Shown: one piece after another, positions 17,406 to 26,664 of the stretch | Position numbering within the stretch: the stretch's first letter is position 1 | How the letters are laid out: every line of letters starts with the position of its first letter | Source of the DNA: Thermoplasmata archaeon | GTDB lineage: Archaea > Thermoplasmatota > Thermoplasmata > Lutacidiplasmatales > UBA184 | Assembly: GCA_035502035.1 (NCBI GenBank) | Contig: DATJUZ010000007.1 | Location: forward strand, 36,423 to 100,422 | Length of the DNA: 64,000 bases | Reading direction: 5' to 3' | Made by a program: the position numbers and the translations under genes | The notes under the pieces: model-generated | What the model saw: the letters and a program-made list of their open reading frames with translations, nothing else | What the model was told of the DNA's origin: nothing | Database searches by the model: none

Positions 17406-17755
17406 AGCCGTCCCGGGCGGTGCTGACCCTCTGGAGCGTCGTGCTGATCGCGCTCGTCGTCCTCGAGCTCGCGGAGGTGACGCACCTGTTCACCTTCCCG
17501 ATCTCCGCGGTGCTCGGCGACCCGATCTCGCTGGTCGTCTCGCTCGTCTTCACGACGATCGTCGCGATCATCGGGGCGATCTTCGTCGGCATCTACATCT
17601 CGACCCGCCTGCTCGGACCGCGGGGGTTCACCCCGTTCGAGGAGGAGATGCTGCAGATGCGCTCGGACGTCCACGAGCTGCGCACTGCCGTCGAGGAGCT
17701 GCGGGGCCAGCGGTCGGCGGGCGGCGACGGAAGGCCCCGGGGTCCGCCGCGATGA
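17402..17755 (+). CDS. small membrane protein with a C-terminal coiled coil
   Basis: From ORF 17087..17755. The GTG at 17402 overlaps the upstream stop (GTGA). Hydrophobic helices (LTLWSVVLIALVVLELA; LVVSLVFTTIVAIIGAIFVGIYI) are followed by EEEMLQMRSDVHELRTAVEELR. Confidence 0.6.
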   Translation: MKPSRAVLTLWSVVLIALVVLELAEVTHLFTFPISAVLGDPISLVVSLVFTTIVAIIGAIFVGIYISTRLLGPRGFTPFEEEMLQMRSDVHELRTAVEELRGQRSAGGDGRPRGPPR

Positions 17756-18315
17756 TCGTACCGGTCATCGACAACGGCGGCCAGTGGACCCATCGCGAGT
17801 GGCGGGTCCTGCGGGACCTCGGAGCGGAGAGCCGGATCGTGCCGAACTCGACCCCGCTCGAGGCGCTGGGGGCCGACGGGGTCGTCCTCTCGGGCGGCGC
17901 GCTCAGCCTCGAGGGCTCGGCCGCGCCCCTCGGCGCGGTCGACGGCTGGATCGACCGGATCGACGTGCCGGTTCTCGCGATCTGCGTCGGGCACCAGTTC
18001 CTCGGACGGCACTTCGGGGGCCGCGTCGCGCACGGGGCCCCGGAGTTCGGCTCGGTCGAACTGACGGTCGACGCCCCGGACGACCCGCTGTTCGCCGGTC
18101 TTCCCGCCCGCCTCAACGTCTGGGCGAGCCACAACGACCACGTCCTCGCGCCTCCCCCGGGCTGGCGGGTCCTCGCGCACTCGACGGCGTGCCCGGTCGA
18201 GGCGATGGCGAGTCCGGACCGTCCGATCTGGGGCGTGCAGTTCCACCCCGAGGTCGAACACACCGAGGGGGGCCGGGAGATCTTCCGTCACTTCCTGGAC
18301 GCCTGCCGCCGGTAG
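17752..18315 (+). CDS. guaAA: GMP synthase glutamine amidotransferase subunit A
   Basis: From ORF 17206..18315. The ATG at 17752 overlaps the upstream stop (ATGA). MIVPVIDNGGQWTHREWRVLRDLG, LAICVGHQF (nucleophile Cys) and VQFHPEVEHT match class I GATase. Confidence 0.85.
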   Translation: MIVPVIDNGGQWTHREWRVLRDLGAESRIVPNSTPLEALGADGVVLSGGALSLEGSAAPLGAVDGWIDRIDVPVLAICVGHQFLGRHFGGRVAHGAPEFGSVELTVDAPDDPLFAGLPARLNVWASHNDHVLAPPPGWRVLAHSTACPVEAMASPDRPIWGVQFHPEVEHTEGGREIFRHFLDACRR

Positions 18316-18369
18316 CGTTCGGCCGGCCGGCAGCCGGGAATATGTAGAGCGGCTCGCTCGCGGCGGGCG

Positions 18370-19941
18370 ATGCCGCGTCTGCGCCGGGGCTCCGGTTTGA
18401 GGGGGGCGGACCTCGTCGCGCGGGCGAAGGCGCTGCGCGCCTCCGTCGAGCCGCTGCTGCCCCGGCTCACGGACGACTGCCCGCGCGAGCGGTTCGACCG
18501 CCTGCGGACCGACCTCGAGGCGGTCCGCGAGGCCGCCGACGACGAGAAGCGGCTCGCCCGGCTGGCGCGCTGGGGCGAACCGATCGCCCGGGCGTACGCG
18601 GGCCTCCTGCGGTTCGCGCTCGAGCCGACGACCCCCGTGGTCGTCTCCTTCCCGACGGCGAGCGGCGACGTTTCCTACGCGGCGCTCGCGGCGACCGACC
18701 GCGAGGCGGAGGTCGCGGTCCAGCGCTCGGAGGAGCCGGACCGTCTCCTCCTCGGCTATGTCGACTGGGCCCGCAAGGGGTTCCACTTCTACGCCACGCG
18801 GCGGGCGCTCTGGTGTACCGGGCGCTCGGACCGACCCCCCGCGGAGTTCGTGAGCGAGCGGATCGCCGAGCTCCCGTACCGCTTCCTCGAGGACGCCGAC
18901 CACCACGGCTACCGCTGCCCGCACCTCGCCGCGGGCGAACCCCGCCCGTACCTCGAGGTCGGCTGGCCGGGCGCCGGGCTCGCCTTCCGCCTCTGCCGGC
19001 GGTGCGCGAAGGACGACCGGCATCTGCTCTCGTCGATCTCGGACGGCGCGGCCGTGCCGGCGCCCGAGGAGGAGTTCCCGGTGTCGGCCGAGCTGAACGT
19101 GGCGTGCCGCGGCGGCGACGGCTGCCTCCACCACGCCCTGCCTCCGCTGCCGAAGGCCCTGCTCAAGCGCTACCTGCTCGGCCGCCTCGCCGACGGGCCG
19201 CTCCTGGACGGCTACCTCGACGAGCTCCGCCCGCGCCTCGAGCGGGGATCGCGCCGGATCCTCGTCGCGGGAGGGGTCTGCTACGGCGCCGACCTCGAGG
19301 CGTTCCTCGAGGCGCTCCGGCCGACCCCGGTCGAGCGGCGCGCCCTCGCGGCGGTCCTCGACGGGCAGGACGGGCTGTTCGAGGTCGACGAGGCGACCGC
19401 GAGCCGGGCGCTCGAGCGGCTGTGGGGGGCGCACGCCGAGGCGATCGTCGGGGTGATCGTGCCGGACCCGAAGGAGGCCCGGCGCCTCGTCGAGGAGGCG
19501 CGGGGGCACCCCGGGCGCGTCGCGGAGATCCTGAAGCGGCTCCAGCGGCGCAGCGAGGAGCAGGAACTGCTCGAGACCCTGCCGCACTACGCGCGGCTGG
19601 TCCCCGAGGCCGCCTGGACCGACCGCGTCGCCCGGGCGTTCCGCGTCCACGGCGACAGCGGGGCCGAACGGGCCGTGCTGCAGAGCCTGCCGCGCGAGGG
19701 CAAGGAGCGGGGGCTCGGCTACGGGTTCCTCCTCGCGCTCGGTCGCGCCGGCGCGCATGCCTGGCAGTTCACGCCCACCGAGAAGGAGTTCGGCCAGGCG
19801 CTCCAGACCCAGCTCGGCGAGCTGCTCCGCGCCCCGGCCGACCGCTACCACGCGGCGATGGACGCCCTGCTGCGCTCGGCCGGCGTGGCCGACTGGGGAG
19901 AGGTCGCCGCGCCCCGTCGTCCGGATAGCGCGCAAGTCTAA
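18370..19941 (+). CDS. large hypothetical protein (523 aa, Cys/His motifs)
   Basis: The composition is non-repetitive and protein-like over the full length. Motifs include HHGYRCPH, CRRC and CRGGDGCLHH. I recognise no family. Confidence 0.7.
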   Translation: MPRLRRGSGLRGADLVARAKALRASVEPLLPRLTDDCPRERFDRLRTDLEAVREAADDEKRLARLARWGEPIARAYAGLLRFALEPTTPVVVSFPTASGDVSYAALAATDREAEVAVQRSEEPDRLLLGYVDWARKGFHFYATRRALWCTGRSDRPPAEFVSERIAELPYRFLEDADHHGYRCPHLAAGEPRPYLEVGWPGAGLAFRLCRRCAKDDRHLLSSISDGAAVPAPEEEFPVSAELNVACRGGDGCLHHALPPLPKALLKRYLLGRLADGPLLDGYLDELRPRLERGSRRILVAGGVCYGADLEAFLEALRPTPVERRALAAVLDGQDGLFEVDEATASRALERLWGAHAEAIVGVIVPDPKEARRLVEEARGHPGRVAEILKRLQRRSEEQELLETLPHYARLVPEAAWTDRVARAFRVHGDSGAERAVLQSLPREGKERGLGYGFLLALGRAGAHAWQFTPTEKEFGQALQTQLGELLRAPADRYHAAMDALLRSAGVADWGEVAAPRRPDSAQV

Positions 19942-19953
19942 TCATATCGGAGC

Positions 19954-20415
19954 GTGCATAAATTCGCTGCCGCTCCGGCCCCGTCGCGCCACCCGGGGCC
20001 TACGGTCCACGGGGCGAAACGGGTGCACGCGAACGACGGCTCCTCGTCCTCCGCCGTCGTCGTCGCCGCCGACGAGGAGATGCGGATCCTCCTGCGGGGG
20101 CTCCTGCAGCTCCATCGCGTCCGCGTCGACGCCGAGGCCGAGGGGGTCACGGAGGCGCTGCGCCTCGTGCGCGAGCGGCGTCCGTCGCTCGTCGTCGCCG
20201 ACACGCACCTCAGCGACGGGACGCCGCACGAGCTCGTGACCGGCGTGCGGGCGATCGTCCCCGGGCTGCGGTTCATCCTCGTCGCCCCCGCCTCGCGCCC
20301 TCCTCCGCCGGCCGCCGGCGCGTCGGCACCGGACGTGCTGCTGCTGCGTCCGTTCCGCATCCAGCAGTTCGCGGAGGCGGTCGCCCCCACCGGACCCCGC
20401 CGGAGCGGCGCCTAG
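19954..20415 (+). CDS. single-domain response-regulator receiver (atypical)
   Basis: AVVVAADEEMRILLRGLL, RPSLVVADTHLSDG and LLLRPFRIQQF fit the CheY fold. The GTG at 20023 gives a more typical 130-aa protein and may be the true start. Confidence 0.65.
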   Translation: MHKFAAAPAPSRHPGPTVHGAKRVHANDGSSSSAVVVAADEEMRILLRGLLQLHRVRVDAEAEGVTEALRLVRERRPSLVVADTHLSDGTPHELVTGVRAIVPGLRFILVAPASRPPPPAAGASAPDVLLLRPFRIQQFAEAVAPTGPRRSGA

Positions 20416-21179
20416 CGCAGCCGGAACCGCTCGAGCGCCGCCTCCTCCTCGAAGTGGAGGGTCCGGCCCGGCACGACCAGGACGTGGAGCGGGGGCCCGA
20501 AGTCGGCCGCGCGCAGCCGGCGGACCGGCCCGAAGAACCCGGCAGCGTCGTCCCGGCCGACCCTCGCCGCGACCGCGAGCCGGTCGTCCTCGGTCAGCAG
20601 CCGGTCCTCGGGGTCGCGCTCCCGCAGGAGGGCGATCGCCTCCCCTGCCCGGAGGTAGCGCCCCCCCTCCGGCTGGAGGTCGAGGAGGACGAGCGTGTGG
20701 AGGTCGCGCTCGCGGTTCGAGGCGATCTGCTCGAGGGGGGAGCTGGGGGCGAAGCCGGGGCTCGGGAGCGGGAGCGAGACGGTCCGTCCGAACCGGTAGT
20801 GCATGAGCCCGAGGTAGCCGGCGGCCGCGGTCAGGATGCTCGCGCCCGGCAGGTACCGCCAGAGGTGGCCGGCGCGCTCGGCTGCGAGCCGGAGCGCGAC
20901 GTGGGTCGTCGCGGCGAACGGGTCGCCGACCACCACGAGCGCGACCGAGCTCGACCGCTCGAGCGCCTCGACCAGCGCGGTCTCCCGCTCCAGTTCGGCG
21001 CGGCCGAGACGCTGGACCGGGCGCCGGATCTCGACGGCGAGGCGCTCGAGCGTCCCCGGCGCGGCGACCGCGGTGTACTCCTCCGCGAAGACCTCGCTGC
21101 CGCGCAGCACGTCGAGCGCCCGGCGCGACAGTCCCCGCTCGTCGTCCAGGCCGAGTCCGACGAACCAGAGCGTCGCCAT
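20412..21179 (-). CDS. dph5: diphthine synthase
   Basis: From ORF 20412..22037, with the ATG at 21177-21179. MATLWFVGLGLDDERGLSRRALDVLRGSEVFAEEYT...VVVGDPFAATTH...LVLLD match Dph5 (tetrapyrrole methylase fold). Confidence 0.85.
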   Translation of the reverse strand: MATLWFVGLGLDDERGLSRRALDVLRGSEVFAEEYTAVAAPGTLERLAVEIRRPVQRLGRAELERETALVEALERSSSVALVVVGDPFAATTHVALRLAAERAGHLWRYLPGASILTAAAGYLGLMHYRFGRTVSLPLPSPGFAPSSPLEQIASNRERDLHTLVLLDLQPEGGRYLRAGEAIALLRERDPEDRLLTEDDRLAVAARVGRDDAAGFFGPVRRLRAADFGPPLHVLVVPGRTLHFEEEAALERFRLR

Positions 21180-21193
21180 CGCCGGGCGGCCCG

Positions 21194-21994
21194 TCAGCTC
21201 CGCAGCGACAGCACCGGGCACGGCGCCGCGCGGAACAGCAACTCGAGGAACCGCCGGGTGAGCAGCGTGCCGCCGCCGACCGGCTCCTCGCCGACGAGGA
21301 GGAGCCCGTACCGCTCCCGCGCAGCGGCCTGCAGGATGATCTCCGGGAGCCGACGGCGCCGGCCGAGGAGCGAGCCGGAAAGCGGGACCCCCCGGCGCAT
21401 GAGCGGCACGCCGCGGGCCGTGCGCTCCCCCTCGATGCGGCCCGGCGCTCCGGCCTCCCCTCCGAGCACGAGGGTGATCACGGGGACGCCCCCCGACTTG
21501 ACCGACAGCTCCTCGGCCAGGGCGAGCGAGCGCGAGCCGGGCCGCTCGGCGAACGTCGGGACCAGGACCCGCGGGATCGCACCCGAGGCGAGCGCGAGCC
21601 GGTTGACGACCAGGACGTCCGAGCTCGCGTGCTGGAGGAGGGCGGTGGCGGTGTGCCCGACGAACGGGTTCCGGCTCCGCCGGTCGCCCCGCAGCGTCAG
21701 CACGATCGCGTCCGCGTGATGGGTCTCGGCGCTCTCGAGGATCTCGCCCGGGACGTCGGTCGCCGCGCGGACCTCCGGGTCGACCCGGACGTCCAGCACG
21801 GCGCCGACCTCGTGGGCCGGCACGACCAGGTTGACGGAGGCACGCCACTCGCGGGTCACCTGGGGGAGCGTCGTCGTCGGGATGACGTGCAGGACGCGGA
21901 TCTCCCCGCCCGGCTCGAGGAGCTGGGCGGCGAACCGTACCAGCGGCTCGACCTCGGCGGGGACCTGCACGGGAACGACGATCTTGCGGTACAT
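21194..21994 (-). CDS. tandem universal stress protein (UspA) domain protein
   Basis: A 266-aa protein. MYRKIVVPV...HADAIVLTLRG...GHTATALLQHASSDVLVV, then a second copy. Its start overlaps the kdpC stop (TGATG). Confidence 0.8.
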   Translation of the reverse strand: MYRKIVVPVQVPAEVEPLVRFAAQLLEPGGEIRVLHVIPTTTLPQVTREWRASVNLVVPAHEVGAVLDVRVDPEVRAATDVPGEILESAETHHADAIVLTLRGDRRSRNPFVGHTATALLQHASSDVLVVNRLALASGAIPRVLVPTFAERPGSRSLALAEELSVKSGGVPVITLVLGGEAGAPGRIEGERTARGVPLMRRGVPLSGSLLGRRRRLPEIILQAAARERYGLLLVGEEPVGGGTLLTRRFLELLFRAAPCPVLSLRS

Positions 21995-22641
21995 CAGCAG
22001 AGCCCCTGCAGCGCGAGGAGAGCGATGTCGAGCTCAAGAACGTTCACGAAGGCGACCCCGAGGTAGGGGAGCGGGGGCTCCGTGATGTGGCCGTTGACGA
22101 GGCCCGTCACCGTTCCGACCGTGAGGCCCGTGGCGTTCGCGACCCGCAGGACCTGCACCAGGACCGCCGCCGGGGTGAGGTCGGGGTCGACCGACGAGGC
22201 GCTCGGGGAGACCCACCAGAACGGCAGCGTCGCGTTCGGCCACGGGCCGCCGCTCGCGTTCGCCTGGCGGAGCCAGTAGATCGTCTCGTTCCGCAGGGCG
22301 GCGACCAGCGCCGGGTCGCTCGGACCGGGCGGCGAGTCGGCCCCGAGGGTCGTGTTGTAGTCCGTGAGCGACGGCCGCGCCCAGAACAGCCCCGGTCCCA
22401 GCTTGCCCGCGGAGAGGTTCTGGGCGATCTCCGCGGAACCGACGACCGTCCCGTTCGGGCAGCGCAGCAGCGAGCCGTTCGCGCTCCACGGCTCGATCGT
22501 CTGGGCGATCTCCGTGACGACCCACGGGTAGGCGAGGCCGGTGACGAGGATGGCGGCGACCAGGAACAGCGCGCTCGCGCGCACGTGCGTCGTCCAGCGC
22601 ATCGCGGGGGGAGGAGCCGGGGGCCGAGACGGTCCGCTCAT
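21994..22641 (-). CDS. kdpC: K+-transporting ATPase subunit C
   Basis: A 215-aa protein with an N-terminal TM segment followed by a KdpC-like pattern (GSAEIAQN, SPSASSVDPDLTPAAVLVQV). It has an ATGA overlap with kdpB. Confidence 0.85.
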   Translation of the reverse strand: MSGPSRPPAPPPAMRWTTHVRASALFLVAAILVTGLAYPWVVTEIAQTIEPWSANGSLLRCPNGTVVGSAEIAQNLSAGKLGPGLFWARPSLTDYNTTLGADSPPGPSDPALVAALRNETIYWLRQANASGGPWPNATLPFWWVSPSASSVDPDLTPAAVLVQVLRVANATGLTVGTVTGLVNGHITEPPLPYLGVAFVNVLELDIALLALQGLC

Positions 22642-24797
22642 CGTCCTCCGAGCGGGAGCCAGCGGCCGACCAGGGCGCTCGCGGCGTGGACGAAGCCGAT
22701 GCCGTCCAGGTAGCCGAGGAGGAGGTAGCAGAGCCAGATCCCGACGAACGCGCTCACGAGCCCTCCGAGACCGTACGTCAGCATGTTGCGGCGCAAGAGG
22801 TCGATCGCGTTGCGGGGGCGGAACGGGACCCCCGCGAGCGCGAGCGGGATCAGGATCGGGATGATCAGGGCGTTGAAGACGAGCGCGGCGAGCACCGCGC
22901 GGTACGGGTCACCGAAGCCGAGGACGTTGAGGGCCGCGATCCCGGGGAGCGCGGCCGCCCCGGCGGTCGCGAAGATCGCCGGGATGATCACGAAGTACTT
23001 CGCGACGTCGTTGGTGATCGAGAAGGTCGTCAGCGCCCCGCGCGTGATCAGGAGCTGCTTGCCGATCGAGACGACCTCGATCAGCTTCGTCGGGTCGTTG
23101 TCGAGGTCGACCATGTTGCCCGCCTCCTTCGCCGCGCTCGTCCCGCTGTTCATCGCGAGGCCGACGTCCGCCCGCGCGAGCGCGGGGGCGTCGTTCGTCC
23201 CGTCGCCGGTCATCGCGACCAGGCGGCCGGCGGACTTCTCGCGCTGGATGAGCTCGAGCTTGGTCTCGGGCTTCGCCTCGGCGACGAACTCGTCGACCCC
23301 GCTCTCGTGGGCGATCGCCGCCGCGGTGAGGCGATTGTCGCCGGTGCACATGATCGTGCGGATCCCCATCATCTTCAGCTCGCGGAGGCGGTCACGGATG
23401 CCGGGCTTGACGACGTCCTTCAGGATCACGAGGCCGACGACCTTCTTGTTCACGGAGAGCGCGAGGGGCGTCATCCCCTGGCGGGCGGCGTCCGCCGCGG
23501 CAACGCGCGTCGCCTCCACCGGGACGGCGCCGTAGGCCTCCATCGCCCGCAGCGCGCCCTTGAAGACCTCCGTGCCGTCCGAGAGGAGCAGCCCGCTCAT
23601 CCGGCGCTCCGGGGTGAACGGCATCACCTTGAACGTTCCCGGCTCGAGCCGTCGCGCGGTCGCGCTGCGCCGGGCGGCGAGGCGGACGATCGAGCGGCCC
23701 TCGGGGGTCTCGTCCAGCGTCGACGAGAGCAGGGCGGCCTCGAGCAGCTCGGACAGCTCGACCCCCGGCGCGGGGACGAACTGGACGGCGAGGCGACTGC
23801 CGACGGTGATCGTGCCGGTCTTGTCCAGGATCAGGACGTCCAGGTCGCCGGAGGCCTCCACCGCCTTGCCGGACTTGGCGATGACGTTCGCCCGCGCCAC
23901 GCGGTTGACCCCGGAGATGCCGATCGCCGGGAGCAGCGCTCCGATCGTCGTCGGCATCAGGCAGACGAACAGCGCGATGATCGTCGCGAGGTCGACCGGG
24001 CGGATCCCGAGGTCGACGGCGATCCCGGAGAAGTTCGCGAGATAGACGAACGAGATGCAGACGACGAACAGCGTGATGGTGAACGCCGAGAGCAGGACGG
24101 AGAGCGCGATCTCGCTCGGGGTCGGTTCCCGGCCGAGCCCCTCGACCAGGCGGATGAGGCGGTCGAGGAACGACTCGCCCCGTGCGGCGCTGACGCGGAC
24201 CTGGACCGTGCCCTGGAGGACGCGGGTGCCGCCGAGGACGCTCGTCTTGTCCCCTCCGCTCTCGCGCGTGACCGCCTCGGACTCGCCGGTCATCATCGAC
24301 TCGTCGATGAGCGCGGCGCCGTGGATCACGTCGCCGTCCAGCGGTACCGGCTCGCCCGGTCGGACCTCGACCGTGTCCCCGACGTGGAGCACGTCCGACG
24401 GCACCCAGCGTCGTTCGCCGTCCGGCAGGATCTGCCGGGCGCGGATCCCGCTGCGGATCGACCGCAGGCTCTCCGCCTGGGCGCGTCCCTGCGCCTCCGC
24501 GATGGCGTCCGAGAGGTTGGCGAACCAGACGGTGAGGAACAGGACGAGCGCGATCGCGAGGTAGTAGCCGGTCTGGTAGGTCGCGGCGATGTCCGGGAAG
24601 GCGCGCGGGTAGACCGCGACGACCGCGACGAACAGGAACAGCACGAGGACGCAGAACATGAGGGGCCGACGGAGCTGGTGGCGGAGGCCGAAGTAGCGGA
24701 TCGAGTCGGCGAGGACGCGGCGCGCCGAGGTGTGGGGACGACGCCGGACCGAAACGCGGGCTCCCGGCTCGACGCCGAACGGTCCGTCGGCGGCCAC
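22638..24797 (-). CDS. kdpB: K+-transporting P-type ATPase subunit B
   Basis: A 719-aa protein with DKTGTIT, MCTGDN and MTGDGTNDAPALA P-type ATPase motifs and KdpB architecture. Confidence 0.95.
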   Translation of the reverse strand: MAADGPFGVEPGARVSVRRRPHTSARRVLADSIRYFGLRHQLRRPLMFCVLVLFLFVAVVAVYPRAFPDIAATYQTGYYLAIALVLFLTVWFANLSDAIAEAQGRAQAESLRSIRSGIRARQILPDGERRWVPSDVLHVGDTVEVRPGEPVPLDGDVIHGAALIDESMMTGESEAVTRESGGDKTSVLGGTRVLQGTVQVRVSAARGESFLDRLIRLVEGLGREPTPSEIALSVLLSAFTITLFVVCISFVYLANFSGIAVDLGIRPVDLATIIALFVCLMPTTIGALLPAIGISGVNRVARANVIAKSGKAVEASGDLDVLILDKTGTITVGSRLAVQFVPAPGVELSELLEAALLSSTLDETPEGRSIVRLAARRSATARRLEPGTFKVMPFTPERRMSGLLLSDGTEVFKGALRAMEAYGAVPVEATRVAAADAARQGMTPLALSVNKKVVGLVILKDVVKPGIRDRLRELKMMGIRTIMCTGDNRLTAAAIAHESGVDEFVAEAKPETKLELIQREKSAGRLVAMTGDGTNDAPALARADVGLAMNSGTSAAKEAGNMVDLDNDPTKLIEVVSIGKQLLITRGALTTFSITNDVAKYFVIIPAIFATAGAAALPGIAALNVLGFGDPYRAVLAALVFNALIIPILIPLALAGVPFRPRNAIDLLRRNMLTYGLGGLVSAFVGIWLCYLLLGYLDGIGFVHAASALVGRWLPLGGR

Positions 24798-24798
24798 G

Positions 24799-26511
24799 CT
24801 AGTGCCCTCCGAGGATCTGGGCGAGGGGACCGAGCGCCATCACGGGCAGGAAGATCAGGGCCGTGATGATCACGACGAACAGCGTGAGGTAGAGCGTGTA
24901 GGTGAGGCTCGTGGTCTTGATCGTCCCGGGGCCGGCCGGCAGCGGGTCCTCCCGGGCGAACAGCTCGCCGACCTTCAGCATCACCCAGATCGGGACGAAC
25001 CGGCCGACGAGCATCACGACGGCTCCGGCGAGGTTGAAGAACCGCGTCGTGTCGGTGAACTGGGCCGCGGCGAGGGCGCTGCCGTTGTTCGCCGACTCGC
25101 TCGTGAACTCGTAGAGCACCGAGGTGAACGTGTGGCTCGCGGCCCCCGGCGCGAGCCCGGCGAGGGAGACGTCGCCGCCGAGGAAGGCGACGGCCGTAGG
25201 GACGAGGATCGCGGCCGGATGGATGAGCAGCGCGAGCGCCGCCCAGCGGACGTGGCTCGTCCCGATCTTCTTCCCGAGGTACTCCGGAGTGCGTCCGACC
25301 ATCAGGCCCCCGACGAAGATCGCGAGGATGCCGAACAGCAGCAGCATGCCGAAGCCGGTCCCGACCCCGCCGGGCGTCGCCTGGGTGAACATGCCGAACA
25401 GCAGGACGAGCTGCGCGACCGGCGAGAGGGCGCCGATCTGCATGTTGTTCGCCCCGACGTTGGCGTAGACGCTCGCGACCTGGAACAGCGAGCCTTCCGG
25501 CAGGCTGAAGCGGGTCTCCTGGCCGACCGGGTAGCCGTTCGTCTGGGCGCCGAGCCCCCCGAGGCCGGAGAGCGCGGGGTTCGCCGCCGTCTGGTAGGCG
25601 ATGAACAGCCCGAGGGCGATGGCGAAGACGATCACGATCGTCGCGACGTACGGCCATGCCTCGCCGCGCCGGCGGACGATCGTCCCGAACGCGAACGGGG
25701 TGCCGAACGGGATGAGCAGCATCACGAACACGGCGAGCAGGTTGGTCGCCGCCGACGGGTTGGCGAGCGGGCTCGCCATGTTCGCGGCGTAGAACCCTCC
25801 GCCGTTCGAGCCGAGGAGCGACGCCGCCTGGTAGGAGGCGACCGGGCCGAGGTAGATCGTCTGCGTCCCGCCGGTGAGGGGGTGGGCGGTCACGGTCGCG
25901 GTGAACGTCTCGGGAAGCCCGAGGAGGACCAGGACGAGCGCGAACGCCACCGTGAGCGGCAGCAGGATGCGGGTGATCGTACGGACCATGTCGACGTAGA
26001 AGTTGCCGATCGTGCCGTCCCGGCGAACGAAGCCGCGGATCGTCGCCGCCGCGGCGGCGAGCCCGGTCGCCGGAGAGAGGAACAGGGCGACCGGCCAGGC
26101 GACCGTCAGCGAGGCGAGGCTCAGCTGGCTCTCGTTGGTGAAATGGGTGAAGTTGGTGTTCGTCGTGAAACTGGACGCCGAGTGGAGGGCGAGGTCCCAG
26201 CGCATTGCCGGCACCCCGGTCGGGTCGCCGGGGAGCGTCGCCTGCCAGAGCAGGAAGAAGAACAGGAACAGCAGCAGGCCGGCGTTGACGGAAACGAGCG
26301 CGAACATGTACTCGCGCGCCCGCATCGTCTGGCGCGGCGACGTCCCGAGCAGGCGGAAGACCGCGGACTCGACCGGGGTCAGGAACGTGTCACCGGGGAG
26401 GGGCCGGTCCATGTAGACGCGACCGAGATAGCGCCCGAACCACGGCGAGATCGCGAGGACGATCCCGACGAGGACGATGACGTCCCAGAGCGAGTCGAGG
26501 TCGAAGGCCAT
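24799..26511 (-). CDS. kdpA: K+-transporting ATPase subunit A
   Basis: A 570-aa polytopic protein whose N-terminus and repeated selectivity-filter-like segments are typical of KdpA. Confidence 0.95.
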   Translation of the reverse strand: MAFDLDSLWDVIVLVGIVLAISPWFGRYLGRVYMDRPLPGDTFLTPVESAVFRLLGTSPRQTMRAREYMFALVSVNAGLLLFLFFFLLWQATLPGDPTGVPAMRWDLALHSASSFTTNTNFTHFTNESQLSLASLTVAWPVALFLSPATGLAAAAATIRGFVRRDGTIGNFYVDMVRTITRILLPLTVAFALVLVLLGLPETFTATVTAHPLTGGTQTIYLGPVASYQAASLLGSNGGGFYAANMASPLANPSAATNLLAVFVMLLIPFGTPFAFGTIVRRRGEAWPYVATIVIVFAIALGLFIAYQTAANPALSGLGGLGAQTNGYPVGQETRFSLPEGSLFQVASVYANVGANNMQIGALSPVAQLVLLFGMFTQATPGGVGTGFGMLLLFGILAIFVGGLMVGRTPEYLGKKIGTSHVRWAALALLIHPAAILVPTAVAFLGGDVSLAGLAPGAASHTFTSVLYEFTSESANNGSALAAAQFTDTTRFFNLAGAVVMLVGRFVPIWVMLKVGELFAREDPLPAGPGTIKTTSLTYTLYLTLFVVIITALIFLPVMALGPLAQILGGH

Positions 26512-26520
26512 GGACTCCGC

Positions 26521-26634
26521 TTACAGCCGCTCGGGGTGCACCATCGTGTACACGAGGTACCCCGCGAGGCCGACGACGACCAAGGTGAGGACGACCAGGC
26601 CCAGGTCGTGGGCGATCCAGGCCGCGACGTCCAT
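26521..26634 (-). CDS. kdpF: K+-transporting ATPase subunit F (37 aa, not in ORF track)
   Basis: My translation is MDVAAWIAHDLGLVVLTLVVVGLAGYLVYTMVHPERL. It has a single TM helix and the KdpF-like ending GYLVY..V.PERL. Its stop is 9 nt upstream of the kdpA start. Confidence 0.6.
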   Translation of the reverse strand: MDVAAWIAHDLGLVVLTLVVVGLAGYLVYTMVHPERL

Positions 26635-26664
26635 CGCTTCCCCGGGCGCGTCGGGACCGGCCGG

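Noticed and set aside
20412-20415. A shared CTAG where the receiver gene and dph5 stop codons overlap on opposite strands.
   Set aside because: It is real in the sequence but is a trivial consequence of convergent gene packing, with no evident function.
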